Shown here: positions 1 to 10,365 of the stretch, piece after piece | Layout of the letters: every line of letters starts with the position of its first letter | Numbering within the stretch: position 1 is the stretch's first letter | Source of the DNA: a virus | DNA length: 64,000 bases | Direction: 5' to 3' (one strand) | Virus record (IMG/VR): IMGVR_UViG_3300045988_105372 | Location: 51,462-115,461 of that record | Position numbers and translations under genes: made by a program | The notes under the pieces: model-generated | Seen by the model: only the letters and a program-made list of their open reading frames with translations | Database searches by the model: none | What the model was told of the DNA's origin: nothing

Positions 1-380
1 ATACCTTTAGTTCCTACATTACTATTATCATCAATAGTAGCATTAGCAGTATTATCAGACTTTACAAAATTATGAATAAATTTAATATCCCTAGTAGCAT
101 GATTTCTAATATCTTCACGTTCTTTACGATATAGAATATATTTTTTAGCTACGTCATGATACCCTAAATCCATTAGGAGTTCCTCAATTTGGTCTTGAAT
201 ATCCTCAATAGATTGATCTTCAGTCTCTACTACAGAATTAGTTATCTCAGTAACTGCTCTGTAAATATCTTCGTCCATTGTTTTACTAGAATTTTGGGTA
301 ATTCCAAAAGCCTTTAGTACAGCATCTCTAATTTTGTTTCTGTTAAACTCTTCTTTAATTCCGTCTCTCTTTATTACCAT
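1..380 (-). CDS. ATP-cone domain protein, probable ribonucleotide reductase (NrdD-like) N-terminus; partial, continues past window start
   Basis: manual minus-strand translation from ATG at 378-380: MVIKRDGIKEEFNRNKIRDAVLKAF... matches ATP-cone consensus (KRDG..E.F...KI..A); open to window edge. Confidence 0.55.
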   Translation of the reverse strand, partial: MVIKRDGIKEEFNRNKIRDAVLKAFGITQNSSKTMDEDIYRAVTEITNSVVETEDQSIEDIQDQIEELLMDLGYHDVAKKYILYRKEREDIRNHATRDIKFIHNFVKSDNTANATIDDNSNVGTKG

Positions 381-469
381 AAATAACATTTATAAATTAA
401 CATTTTAAATCATCTACGAAATAAGCACTATAATACTAGTACTGAACTAATAATATAGTGCTTATATAG

Positions 470-1813
470 TTATTTCAAAATTAAATTTTTTGTTTCATCT
501 AAAAAAGAGAGTGTATCTATTATTTTAGAATTAGAATAATTATAAGGAATTTCTATCAATTCTAATTTTCCTGGATGTTTACTACATATTTTTCTTAATA
601 AATTATCTCTTCTAATTTGTTTTTGAAAATCTTCTTGACTATTATGAAAAAATGGGATAAATTCATAATGTTGCTTTCCATTATATTCTATTATATAAAT
701 ACAATCATTATGTTTCACTATGAAATCTACTATAATTTTATTAGAATTACGTGCTATTTCCTTAGTCTTTATCTCATATTGAAATTTATATTTACAATGA
801 TATTTGTTTAATAAACTTTTTATAAATAATTCTCCTTTACTAGGCTCTATTTGTTCTCTAGCACATTCAGGGCATTTACACCCCTTTAAATGATTGCCTG
901 GTAATTGCTCAAATTTACCATGCTTTGGGCAAATAATAGTAATTGGAGTTTTATAATTTATATAATTAACTTCGCTATAATCATATTTCCAACCATGAAC
1001 TTCTCTAGCTTTTCTTATAAAATCTTCTTTAGTTAAAGTATAAGATTCTATAGCACAATCTGGACAATATCCATGATGGTATATTAAAGTTGATGCTAAT
1101 ATATTAAAATCTCCATGTTTTGGACAAGTTAAAATTACTGAATTAGTTATTCCAGTATAAACAGTTTTATTTGTAGTATATTCGGGATGAATTTTCTCAC
1201 ATTCTTTAATAAATTCATCTTGAGTAAATCTGAAAGTATTAGTACATTTAGGACATCCATTTTTACAATTTAAATGCTGGTAAGGTAACTACCAAAATTC
1301 TCCATGTTCAGGGCATATAATACAAACTTTTTCTCTACTACCTTTAAAATCTACTTTTGAATAATCAAATTTATAATTATACTTTTCATTAGCAGCTTTT
1401 ACAAAATCCTCTTTGGATCTAATTACTTTAAAATCTTTACTTTTTCCTCGGCATTCCTTACAAGCACATTGTCCTTTTAAATGATTACTAACTGTTTGCC
1501 AAAATTCTCCATGTTCAGGGCATATGATACATACTTTGTTATTAGTGCCCGTATAGACTACTTTGGAATAATCATATTTATTATTCCAAATTTTATTTGC
1601 TTTTCGTATAAAGGTATCTAAATCAAATTTTTTACCTGAACAAATAGCACAACCTCGTCCCTATAAATGTGAATTTGCTTCTTGCACAAACACTCCATGA
1701 ATAGGACATATTATCTTAACTTTATCTTTTGATCTAGAAACTTCTACTAGGGAATAATCATACTTATTTCCATGAATTTCTTGAGCTTTTTTAATAAAAT
1801 ATTCTTTATTCAT
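470..1813 (-). CDS. multi zinc-ribbon protein (5 repeats of YDYSxV...K(V/I)xIICPxHGxFxQ...HLxGxxCxxC) with C-terminal PD-(D/E)xK-like (DUF559/Vsr-like, D...EYNGK) domain; two in-frame TAG codons at 1661-1663 and 1289-1291
   Basis: manual translation: open from ATG 1811-1813 to TAA 470-472 except 2 TAGs falling at conserved repeat positions (HL[TAG]G, EFW[TAG]); track only lists the 82-aa C-terminal fragment 470..718. Confidence 0.6.
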
Positions 1814-1873
1814 CTGTATTATGATTTAGTTAAGATGACTATATATAGATTTGTACAAGAAGCAAATAAATTT

Positions 1874-2668
1874 TTACAAATTTAAAATCTTTTTAAGTAA
1901 TACACATTTTTCAAATTTATTCATAATATCCTTATTATTATCATTTGAAATACCTTCTGTAAAACTATTATAAACATCAAACATTGAAGCTTCTCCATTA
2001 ATTCCTATATAATAATCAGATTTAGAATCTTCAAACATACGTTTATAAGAAGCTATAACTTCAGAAGTAGCTAACTTTATTTTACCAAAACCATTATCTT
2101 CAAATTCAGTTATAGCTTGTCTTACCCAATATCCTAAACTGATATTTATGTTAGATTCTGAGGTATTAAATTCAGTATTTTTCAAAGTTTTAAGGAAAAT
2201 TCCCAATGAATCAGTAGCTTCTACTAAAGTTTTTACAGGAGAATAATCCACAGGTTTATCAGGAGATAATTCAGAAACTCTTATATAACTAGGATTAAAT
2301 ACACACATATTTAAACATGCCATATTTAATCCTGTTCTAAAAAACTTTATTATAGGTTTTCTAGTATCTAATCCATATAACATATTTATAGTTTCTTTAT
2401 GATTATCTACTGAATATTCATTTGGTAATACTGCTTCTAACCATACTCTATTAAAAGTTAAATCAGCAGTATCTATATCACCATTTTTATTATAAGTGAT
2501 TTGATCAGGTAATTTTACATGTACTCTAATATCAGAAGTTAATTTTTGAACTCTTTCTAGAAAAGGCTCAATATATCCTCTAGTAGGAAGATAATCTTTA
2601 CCTTTAATACTAGTAGCTTTTCCTTTTAATACTTCTTCTAAAGTAAATTCAGTTGGCATTCTCTCCAT
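1874..2668 (-). CDS. hypothetical protein (264 aa)
   Basis: ORF track; member of tightly packed minus-strand array. Confidence 0.5.
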   Translation of the reverse strand: MERMPTEFTLEEVLKGKATSIKGKDYLPTRGYIEPFLERVQKLTSDIRVHVKLPDQITYNKNGDIDTADLTFNRVWLEAVLPNEYSVDNHKETINMLYGLDTRKPIIKFFRTGLNMACLNMCVFNPSYIRVSELSPDKPVDYSPVKTLVEATDSLGIFLKTLKNTEFNTSESNINISLGYWVRQAITEFEDNGFGKIKLATSEVIASYKRMFEDSKSDYYIGINGEASMFDVYNSFTEGISNDNNKDIMNKFEKCVLLKKILNL

Positions 2669-2885
2669 TGTATGTGAAAAACATTATGTTATCAATAATT
2701 TCTTTATCTAATAATTTTTGTACTAAATTATGCGGAGTATCTTCGGCATAATTAACTTTGTTTATATCTACACTAGTAATATATATCCACTTACTCCCGT
2801 TGTATAATATTTGCCCACAGGGATATGAATTTTTATAGCAGATAAGTAGTGTCTTGTTATCTTTAGTAATTTCATTAGTTACCAT
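2649..2885 (-). CDS. hypothetical protein (78 aa), overlaps downstream gene by 20 nt
   Basis: ORF track. Confidence 0.35.
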   Translation of the reverse strand: MVTNEITKDNKTLLICYKNSYPCGQILYNGSKWIYITSVDINKVNYAEDTPHNLVQKLLDKEIIDNIMFFTYNGENAN

Positions 2886-3499
2886 CTTAATGTAGTGAGA
2901 AACTCTTCATCAGATACTTCTTCAAAGTCTCCGTCTCCGTAAATAACATCTGAGATATTATATTCTACTATTTTAAACTCTGGTTTGCCATGACTATGCC
3001 AATATTCTGTAACATATTTTGCATTACAATTGGGACTAGGACCTAATGCAATACTACAAGAAAATTTATTAGTTTCATAGCAATGTCCTTTATAAAAGTT
3101 TTGACATTTCTTTATATAGTCAATAATAGTATTAACTTCTTCTGGGCAAGTAATAACTTCTTTTAGTGGGAGAACTTTTTTATAATCTCTATAAGCAGGT
3201 TTATCAGGAGTAGCTTCTTTATAATCATCTTCTATACCTCCTTCTAAGAGTTGCTTAATTAATATTTCAAAAGTATCATCCCAAGTATCCTTAATACCAT
3301 ATGCATACATATAAGTATCTCTTATATAATTAAAATTATCTTGAGATAAATAATGTCTAGCATATAAAGGATCTTTCTCACTATCTTTAAATCCATTCTT
3401 AATAAACTCATCCAAATCTATAGAAGGCTGAGCCCATCTATACATTTCTACAAAACACTTATGTAAAGCTTCCTGTAAAACATCTTCTCTATCAATCAT
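2879..3499 (-). CDS. hypothetical protein (206 aa)
   Basis: ORF track. Confidence 0.5.
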   Translation of the reverse strand: MIDREDVLQEALHKCFVEMYRWAQPSIDLDEFIKNGFKDSEKDPLYARHYLSQDNFNYIRDTYMYAYGIKDTWDDTFEILIKQLLEGGIEDDYKEATPDKPAYRDYKKVLPLKEVITCPEEVNTIIDYIKKCQNFYKGHCYETNKFSCSIALGPSPNCNAKYVTEYWHSHGKPEFKIVEYNISDVIYGDGDFEEVSDEEFLTTLRW

Positions 3500-3776
3500 C
3501 GTTGTTAGTATAAAATTCTAATAATTTAAAACTATCTGCTATATGTTTAATATCTATTAATTCATTGACTACTTCTAATAATGTATCTTTACATGTATCA
3601 AATTGAGCATTATCTATATTGTCATAAAAATACCACAACTCGGTATCTGAGCAATATGAAATTCTTCCTACAGCCATACCTTCTTTGTAAACAATAATTA
3701 TGCCTTTATAATCATCAGTAATAGCTGCTAAGTCTATAGTGTGTTCACTATTTTTAGGAATAGTAATATATTTCAT
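3492..3776 (-). CDS. hypothetical protein (94 aa), tandem paralog of 3780..4043
   Basis: ORF track; shared architecture IxL..T.D.SIDxSAI...GII.AYK...G.I.Y....EW.Y.D.I and C-terminal ADSFKLxxF. Confidence 0.5.
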   Translation of the reverse strand: MKYITIPKNSEHTIDLAAITDDYKGIIIVYKEGMAVGRISYCSDTELWYFYDNIDNAQFDTCKDTLLEVVNELIDIKHIADSFKLLEFYTNNDD

Positions 3777-3779
3777 TAT

Positions 3780-4043
3780 TTAAAAATCAACTAATTTAAA
3801 ACTATCGGCGTAATTACTAGCTATTACGTTTCTTAGTAAAGCTAATAAATTTTCGTTTCGTTTGTAACTACAGTTTATAGTAATATCATCTAAGTATACC
3901 CACTCATTATTATCATCGTCATATCCAATAAATCCTATTGGTTTATTACCTTTGTATGCTAAGATAATACCTTCAGTATTTGTATCTATAGCAGAGATGT
4001 CTATAGATTTATCGGATGTTTCTGGAAGTCTTATGTCCTTCAT
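3780..4043 (-). CDS. hypothetical protein (87 aa), tandem paralog of 3492..3776
   Basis: ORF track; paralogy visible by eye. Confidence 0.5.
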   Translation of the reverse strand: MKDIRLPETSDKSIDISAIDTNTEGIILAYKGNKPIGFIGYDDDNNEWVYLDDITINCSYKRNENLLALLRNVIASNYADSFKLVDF

Positions 4044-5569
4044 TAATTATTTCCTTTAATAGTTCCCATCAAAATATCTTTATCTTTTACAATAGTATAA
4101 TTAATACTCCATTTAGTATGTCCAAAATTAGCTGTAATATAATTACTACTACCATACATACTACCTACTGATATATAATCAAATCGTTTACCAGTAGTAT
4201 AAGCATAATTATGTAAATCACCTTTTACTACATAAATATGAGGACTACATATACCTTTTTCTGCTATATAATTAGCAAAGAATAATTCAGTCTGAGGATT
4301 TAAAGTAAGAGGAAATTGTCTAGTCTGAGAATTATTATCTTTACCATGAGCATATAGGAACTGATGATCTCCAATGATAAAGTTATCAATAGGATAGTTA
4401 CTAATATAACTCTTAATATTATATTTAGTTAAATATGCAGCTAAGAGTTTTTGATTTAACCATTCAAAATCCCCACCATGATTAGATTCTCCTATAGAGA
4501 GATAATTAAAATCTTCACTTTTTACTTTTACTGTAAGAGTAGCAAAAAACTCCATCATACACTCTATAAATGCTTCACTAATTTCTTTATTATCAAGAAT
4601 CTCAGGAAGCTCATGACCTCCTCTAGTAGTTTCTTTATTGAACCCATCAATAGAATCTCCAAGATTAACTACATATACAGAATGATATTCTTGTCCCACA
4701 AAAGATTCCACAATTCTAGATAATCTAGATTTAATTTCTGGAACATCATAAGAAGGTAACTGTACAAAACTACTATATTTAGCATTATAAGCTCCAATAT
4801 GTAAATCAGATAACCATATAATTAAATCAGGATATTTTGCTTCTTTATTATTAATATTTACTGGAAGCTCTTTATAATCCTTTACTGTATTTTTAATAGT
4901 ATCTTCTATAAGTTCCTTATTTAAAGACTTAGAGGTTTCCTTAGTTAACTTAGTAACTAAAGCTCTTAAATCCTTTACCTCATCTTTCTCTATTCTTTTT
5001 AAGAAATCATTCTCTTTTTCCCTAAGATGCATTTCTTTTAATTCATCCTCAGTATATTCTTCATACATATGAGGAGCAAATGGAGAGGATGCTTTAGTAA
5101 TATTAAAAGCTCGTAAAATTCTTTTAAAGTCAATAAGAGAATAATCTGGGAAATATCTGCTGACAATCTGCTGGGTTAAACCAGAACCGTAATAAGTATA
5201 CATTCTATATACACTATTCATTTCGTTTCTAGTAAAGACTCCTGTGATTGCGGGCTTATTTCTTCTGAAAATCTCAAACTTATATCCAGTAATTTTACCA
5301 GTCTCCTCGTCTCTTATTTCCCAAGTATTAGAAGCATCATCCGTATCTTTCTTTACTTCTTTTTTCTTAGTATCCTTTAGTCTATCATATAATTCCAATA
5401 TCTTCTTATCATCTTCATCTTTATTTTCTTTCTTTCTAAGATTTCTCATTGTAATATATACAGTATTTATATTTTTTCCTGATATAGTACACTGAGCTTT
5501 TAAAGAACGATTATTATTAATTGCATCATTAAAGAACTTAATATAAGAAGATTTTGTTGCTTGTTTCAT
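4043..5569 (-). CDS. calcineurin-like metallophosphoesterase domain protein (508 aa)
   Basis: motifs LSDLHIG (DxH), NLGDSIDG (GDxxD), ESNHGGD (GNH[DE]-like), YAHGK, GDLHNY in C-terminal half. Confidence 0.6.
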   Translation of the reverse strand: MKQATKSSYIKFFNDAINNNRSLKAQCTISGKNINTVYITMRNLRKKENKDEDDKKILELYDRLKDTKKKEVKKDTDDASNTWEIRDEETGKITGYKFEIFRRNKPAITGVFTRNEMNSVYRMYTYYGSGLTQQIVSRYFPDYSLIDFKRILRAFNITKASSPFAPHMYEEYTEDELKEMHLREKENDFLKRIEKDEVKDLRALVTKLTKETSKSLNKELIEDTIKNTVKDYKELPVNINNKEAKYPDLIIWLSDLHIGAYNAKYSSFVQLPSYDVPEIKSRLSRIVESFVGQEYHSVYVVNLGDSIDGFNKETTRGGHELPEILDNKEISEAFIECMMEFFATLTVKVKSEDFNYLSIGESNHGGDFEWLNQKLLAAYLTKYNIKSYISNYPIDNFIIGDHQFLYAHGKDNNSQTRQFPLTLNPQTELFFANYIAEKGICSPHIYVVKGDLHNYAYTTGKRFDYISVGSMYGSSNYITANFGHTKWSINYTIVKDKDILMGTIKGNN

Positions 5570-5640
5570 ACTTTTTTAAAAATTAGATAGCTGTTACGCC
5601 TTTATAAATAAAAGTATCTAGTAAAATAAAAGGTATCTAA

Positions 5641-5677
5641 ATTAAAAAAGGCAGATACTCTCGCGAGCACCTGCCTT
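5641..5677 (-). terminator. rho-independent terminator (stem AAGGCAG/CTGCCTT, then U-run on minus strand)
   Basis: hairpin 5648-5677 with A-run 5642-5648 on plus (U-run in minus sense), upstream of 5700..6380 start and downstream of 6473..6832... placed between genes. Confidence 0.5.
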
Positions 5678-5699
5678 ACTTTAAAAATTATGAATAAAA

Positions 5700-6380
5700 T
5701 TAAAATTCCAAACCAAAGAACATATAGCGACCATTCTTAGTACTCTTAGATGGAGTATAAGTTACAGTAGCTACTACTGGGTCAGAGCCAATAGACTCCT
5801 TACCCTGAACGATATCGATCTGACCCTTAAAGCCCTTCTTAATAAGTTCCTTAGCCATTTCCTTAGCTGCGGTCTTAGTAGGACGAATAACCTTTGTATC
5901 TGGTTCAACACGACCAGTATCGTTACCATCCTTATCAAGAATTGCTTCACCAGCCTTTTCGTTCTTTACACGCTCAGACTTCAAAGTCTTCAGTACTTCC
6001 TTTGTATCGTGGTCTACCAAATCAAACTTCTTCTGAGTATCACGCTTACCCTCAGTCTTAATATCAACAACCTTCCAAGGACGCTCACGTGTACTTACAA
6101 CAGCACTAGAAAGAGTTACAATGAAACCACTACCAGGAGCATTCTTAGTCTTTTTCTTCAAATACTCCAGCTTAAATTCCTTCTCATCATTAGAAGTTAC
6201 TTTAGCATTCTTCTCATGGAACTTCTTCCATGCCTGTGTTGCATCACCATTAATATGAAAATTCTCTTTCTCTACCTGTGCTACTGCTACTTCCTTTGTT
6301 TCTGCACTTACTTCAAAACTCTTAAAATTAAAAATTTCACTCATTTTCAAAAATATATTAACATTAATTCTTATTATCAA
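5700..6380 (-). CDS. hypothetical Lys/Glu-rich protein (226 aa); locally GC-richer than surroundings
   Basis: ORF track; composition. Confidence 0.5.
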   Translation of the reverse strand: MIIRINVNIFLKMSEIFNFKSFEVSAETKEVAVAQVEKENFHINGDATQAWKKFHEKNAKVTSNDEKEFKLEYLKKKTKNAPGSGFIVTLSSAVVSTRERPWKVVDIKTEGKRDTQKKFDLVDHDTKEVLKTLKSERVKNEKAGEAILDKDGNDTGRVEPDTKVIRPTKTAAKEMAKELIKKGFKGQIDIVQGKESIGSDPVVATVTYTPSKSTKNGRYMFFGLEF

Positions 6381-6472
6381 ATCATCTGCGATGTTTTTTC
6401 TTTATCTTTGTAAGGCTAATATAATCTATATTTTTTGCCTCCAAAAAGAAAATTATAAAAAAATTAATTTTT

Positions 6473-6832
6473 TTAGAATGGAAGAAATTTTCCCATTAAT
6501 TCTCTTATTTTTGTTGGCATATCTTTTGGTTGCACGCCAAATGTTGGAAAATCGGTACATCCATATGAAAAATCCTCAGTGATGATAGCAATAGCTTGTA
6601 TTGTATCTTCATCAAGACCTGTTTTTTCTGCTAATTTAGCAGTTACTTCATAATAAGTAACTCCAGGTTTTTTCTTCTTCATAGAATTTACCATATATCC
6701 AAGTAATGATATAAGTGCAAATTTTAAATTTATACTTTCCCCTAAAGACCCTAAACTAAAGTATTTACGATATAAATCGGAAAGTTTAGTATAATCAGGT
6801 CTCTTGAGTAATTCCGAATCCCTCATAACCAT
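6473..6832 (-). CDS. hypothetical protein (119 aa)
   Basis: ORF track. Confidence 0.45.
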   Translation of the reverse strand: MVMRDSELLKRPDYTKLSDLYRKYFSLGSLGESINLKFALISLLGYMVNSMKKKKPGVTYYEVTAKLAEKTGLDEDTIQAIAIITEDFSYGCTDFPTFGVQPKDMPTKIRELMGKFLPF

Positions 6833-7841
6833 GCATACAATAGAATGCTACTAATTTAAGAAGATGAGTAAACTCTTTAAATCCTTTATTAAAAAGTTCT
6901 CTAGTCATAGGAACTACTTTAGTATTAAAATTTGGAATAGTTTCTACTACTAAGAAATTACTTCTAATTTTAGGATTCTCAATGTTATAATTCTTCTTAG
7001 CAGCCATAGTTAATAACCAACTATATAAAGCCATCTCTCTATAATAGTGATATTTAATAAGAGCTCCTTTAGCAAAGTTATTTATTAAATCTCCTGTGGT
7101 TTTTAAATCATTTACAGTGATTATTCCTTCTTCTTTATCTATACTATAATTATCAAGTTTAGACTTAATTTTTAGTATAAAAGGTTTATGCTCTGGAGCC
7201 TCTACTAAAACATCTATAAGGAAAGCTATCTCATTACCAATAATTGGTTGTTCTAGTAATCCTTCAGGGTTTAGTAAAGATTGAATTTGCGTATCACTAT
7301 CTAGAGACTCTAGACAGACTTTCAGTTTAGCATGATTTTTAGGATCTGTAAATATTGGTGTTCTAGCATCATTATTTTCTTTTTCAAAAGCTTTTCTATC
7401 ATACCAGTATTGAGCACAGTCTGCTAACACTTTTTCTATTTTTTTATCTGACATTTTATCTTTATAATAATCGCATTTATCAGATGCTTCTAATATAATA
7501 TCATTAGTAACATTGATACCTTGTGTTTTCTTATAAATATAGTCTGCCATTGACCCCATTTTAGCAGTAGGTCTGCTAACATCTGTTAGAAAGAAGTCAT
7601 CAGGTTGTAAAACTAAAGTATGTAACCAACTACCAAATTCCAAACTAGTTGTATTTAACTTAGTCTTACCCCAATTATCAAAGAACTCTGTTGGAGAACC
7701 ATCTTGATCTGGATTTATCTTAGATAATCTAGAGTTTGAGATATAATTATTATACTTTTCTGAGAAATAAGTATTATCATCAATATCTTCAACTCTTAAA
7801 GTCTCTATCAGAGGTTTAATAGAAATTTGACTTAATTTCAC
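6795..7841 (-). CDS. hypothetical protein (348 aa)
   Basis: ORF track. Confidence 0.5.
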   Translation of the reverse strand: MKLSQISIKPLIETLRVEDIDDNTYFSEKYNNYISNSRLSKINPDQDGSPTEFFDNWGKTKLNTTSLEFGSWLHTLVLQPDDFFLTDVSRPTAKMGSMADYIYKKTQGINVTNDIILEASDKCDYYKDKMSDKKIEKVLADCAQYWYDRKAFEKENNDARTPIFTDPKNHAKLKVCLESLDSDTQIQSLLNPEGLLEQPIIGNEIAFLIDVLVEAPEHKPFILKIKSKLDNYSIDKEEGIITVNDLKTTGDLINNFAKGALIKYHYYREMALYSWLLTMAAKKNYNIENPKIRSNFLVVETIPNFNTKVVPMTRELFNKGFKEFTHLLKLVAFYCMHGYEGFGITQET

Positions 7842-8352
7842 GTAAGTAATTGTTAAAGTCTTCCGACTCTTTTATACATTCATACCCATATTCTATCTCT
7901 TCTTTATCTAAACTATAAATCTTACCATAAGGACCCCATTTTTCATTAGATTCAGAAGCTATTAATAAGCAAGGCAATCCTGCTAGATTCATCTGAATAA
8001 AATTACTAATAGAATCATCAATGAAAATATCAACTCTACCTTTTATATACCGAGCTTTATTAGCACGCTGGCACAAGACTTGATAAACAGGTTTACTAGG
8101 ATAACCATTATTCTTTAGCCATGTTTTACTATAGTCTTTATTGCATACTCTTTTAGTACAATATAATTCAGGTATAAAGTTTATTTTATTTTTTATTGGA
8201 AGATTTATCCACCATTCTCTGTCTTTTATTAAAACTTGTTGTACATTTTTTGTTATTTCTCCATCAGACTTAGGATATCCAAATCTTTTTAAATATGGAT
8301 TCATAAACTCATTTAATGTATCATCTAAATCTAAACCAATTCTTAATTTCAT
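7816..8352 (-). CDS. HAD-superfamily 5'(3')-deoxyribonucleotidase-like protein (178 aa)
   Basis: N-terminal MKLRIGLDLDDTLNEF = HAD motif I (DxDxT). Confidence 0.55.
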   Translation of the reverse strand: MKLRIGLDLDDTLNEFMNPYLKRFGYPKSDGEITKNVQQVLIKDREWWINLPIKNKINFIPELYCTKRVCNKDYSKTWLKNNGYPSKPVYQVLCQRANKARYIKGRVDIFIDDSISNFIQMNLAGLPCLLIASESNEKWGPYGKIYSLDKEEIEYGYECIKESEDFNNYLREIKSNFY

Positions 8353-8594
8353 AGATTAAATAATTCCTCAATATCTCTTATATATGTTACCCCAATACCT
8401 TTCTTAGCCAATTCAGCTCTGATATTTATCCAGCTATCATTGTTATCAAGAATAGCATATGTATCATCGTCTAAATTTAAGTACTTATCAACTTCTTCTT
8501 TAGCCTTTTCAACAGCTTCCTCATATGAAGATGCAGTTAACTTATGAAGTTTATTTTTATTACTCTGACAAATTGCAAAAATATAATTATTCAT
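8349..8594 (-). CDS. hypothetical protein (81 aa)
   Basis: ORF track. Confidence 0.4.
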   Translation of the reverse strand: MNNYIFAICQSNKNKLHKLTASSYEEAVEKAKEEVDKYLNLDDDTYAILDNNDSWINIRAELAKKGIGVTYIRDIEELFNL

Positions 8595-8779
8595 TTGGTA
8601 TTGTTATATATAATTATCATTATAATAATAAATAATATCATTATGGTAATTGGGAGTGATAAAAATATTACCACTGCTAATGTTATCCAACTCCATAACA
8701 ATATTCCAAAAATCTTAAGTAAAATTAATATTGTACTTATTATAAAATCTATTACTCCTAAGGCTAATAGTTCTCTCAT
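8591..8779 (-). CDS. small hydrophobic membrane protein (62 aa)
   Basis: ORF track; two hydrophobic helices. Confidence 0.35.
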   Translation of the reverse strand: MRELLALGVIDFIISTILILLKIFGILLWSWITLAVVIFLSLPITIMILFIIIMIIIYNNTK

Positions 8780-9285
8780 ATTAAATTATTACTTTTAGAA
8801 TAACATTCTAATAAAGTATAAAAGAAATCCATAGGAATCATTGCTATTGCTCCTGGACTAACACTACCTTCTGTTGGAGCCTTCTTCCAGCATAGCACAA
8901 ATGACTTGTCCTTATAAGGGCAAGAATTTTCTATCTTAAAATATGCTGGAGTATTAGCAGTATGTTTTGCTTGAATATTTATAGGTAATTTTCCAGACCT
9001 ATCAATTATATCAACTTTATTATTATCTGTAAACTTACTCTCTCCTCTAGCACTTACACACTCAGTATACCCCATATCTCTAAGATGATGAATTATATCT
9101 GCTTCCCATGCACTTCCTTTATTTCTAGATTTTTTAGCTTGATAACTCTTTTTAGTATGGCTATCTATCCATTCATATAAAGTGCCATCAGCCATTTTTC
9201 CAGATTTATTACATCTAATTTTAAGAGCTGCTTGACTTATTTTAGTTTTCTCAGAGCATTCCTCTATAGATGTATAATCGTGCAC
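8776..9285 (-). CDS. hypothetical protein (169 aa)
   Basis: ORF track. Confidence 0.45.
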   Translation of the reverse strand: MHDYTSIEECSEKTKISQAALKIRCNKSGKMADGTLYEWIDSHTKKSYQAKKSRNKGSAWEADIIHHLRDMGYTECVSARGESKFTDNNKVDIIDRSGKLPINIQAKHTANTPAYFKIENSCPYKDKSFVLCWKKAPTEGSVSPGAIAMIPMDFFYTLLECYSKSNNLI

Positions 9286-9331
9286 ATCGCCGTTTTTATA
9301 TGTTATTCTAATAGCAGTATTCAGATTCTAA

Positions 9332-10342
9332 TTACTTTTTGACATAGTTACTTAATTTTTTTATATAATACTTTATAAATTTTAAAGTATTCTGTCGACC
9401 ATATTTTTTATAAAAATCACTTATATCTTTTACTTTGAATTTATGAGGTATAAAGAAATAAAGTAATTCTGGATGATTTCTTCTTATCTTAGCCATATTA
9501 AACATTCCAGGTCTATCATTATCATAAAAAGTTACTATATAAGTAAATCTTTCTTTTAGATCATTTAACATATTTTCAGACAACCATTGTGTTTCACTAT
9601 TTGGAGCACAGGCTGTTACACCTAAACCTCTTAAACACATAGTATCCTTCATACTTTTAGTTATAACTAATAAAGTACCTTTTTTAGGTAACTGACTATA
9701 ACCCTGAACCTTTTTAGAGGGCCAATTTGTTAGAAATCTATATTCTTTACGTTTAGGATAATAAATTCTCCACAATTCTTTACCTTGCATTGTTCCTCCA
9801 TAATATCCGAAGATAAAGTTATCTTTGGTCTTTATAGTTTGAATATTACCATTTAAAAATACAGTACGACAAGAATATACTTTATATTTATTTAGTAATT
9901 CTAAAGAAACTCCTTGTTTACCCCACCATTTTAATTCATCTTCTGAGAAATCTTTTATTTCTACTCGTATATCTGCTGGCTCATTTGTTTTAACAAAAGA
10001 AGTGCTTGATTGTATTACAGAATGATAATTATTTTGTCCTTTTAATAAGCCAAAATCTTTAGCTATAATATCTAATGCTTGATGGTATTTACAAGCATAT
10101 TTAGTCATAACTACAGATATAAAGTTTCCATAAAAGCTCCCATTAAAATCATGGAATATAAGTTCTCCTTTAGAGTTACGAAAAAAGGAAGCCGTAGGAT
10201 TTTTATCTTTACGTAAAGGATTACAAATTAATTTTTTTGAAACTTTTACGCCAAGATAATACTCCATATAGGCTTCCTCTGTGTTATATTTAAGTAAGTA
10301 GTCCTTAGTAATATCTGGTTTATAAGAAAAATCTAATTCCAT
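9332..10342 (-). CDS. DNA primase (Toprim domain) (336 aa)
   Basis: LLVITKSMKDTMCL and FYDNDRPG resemble Toprim E and DxD motifs of DnaG-type primases. Confidence 0.55.
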   Translation of the reverse strand: MELDFSYKPDITKDYLLKYNTEEAYMEYYLGVKVSKKLICNPLRKDKNPTASFFRNSKGELIFHDFNGSFYGNFISVVMTKYACKYHQALDIIAKDFGLLKGQNNYHSVIQSSTSFVKTNEPADIRVEIKDFSEDELKWWGKQGVSLELLNKYKVYSCRTVFLNGNIQTIKTKDNFIFGYYGGTMQGKELWRIYYPKRKEYRFLTNWPSKKVQGYSQLPKKGTLLVITKSMKDTMCLRGLGVTACAPNSETQWLSENMLNDLKERFTYIVTFYDNDRPGMFNMAKIRRNHPELLYFFIPHKFKVKDISDFYKKYGRQNTLKFIKYYIKKLSNYVKK

Positions 10343-10365
10343 AAAAACTACTTACTTTATAATTA

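Noticed and set aside
617-811. Plus-strand ORFs embedded antisense in minus-strand genes (617..811, 4478..4723, 5244..5495, 6009..6582, 8141..8359, 8544..8798, 10739..10939, 11201..11758, 12995..13231, 14959..15312, 16263..17096, 18235..18441, 20740..20928, 21928..23391, 26613..26840, 28803..29099, 30009..30631, 31191..32017, 33537..33797, 38151..38351, 39711..40043, 40945..41473, 43320..43523, 51326..51529, 53411..54081, 55458..55664, 56802..57263, 58240..58436 minus counterpart)
   Set aside because: They lie opposite long co-oriented genes in AT-rich DNA where antisense frames are often open by chance, are low-complexity (poly-S/L/F/I), and have no start context; the whole region is a unidirectional minus-strand array.
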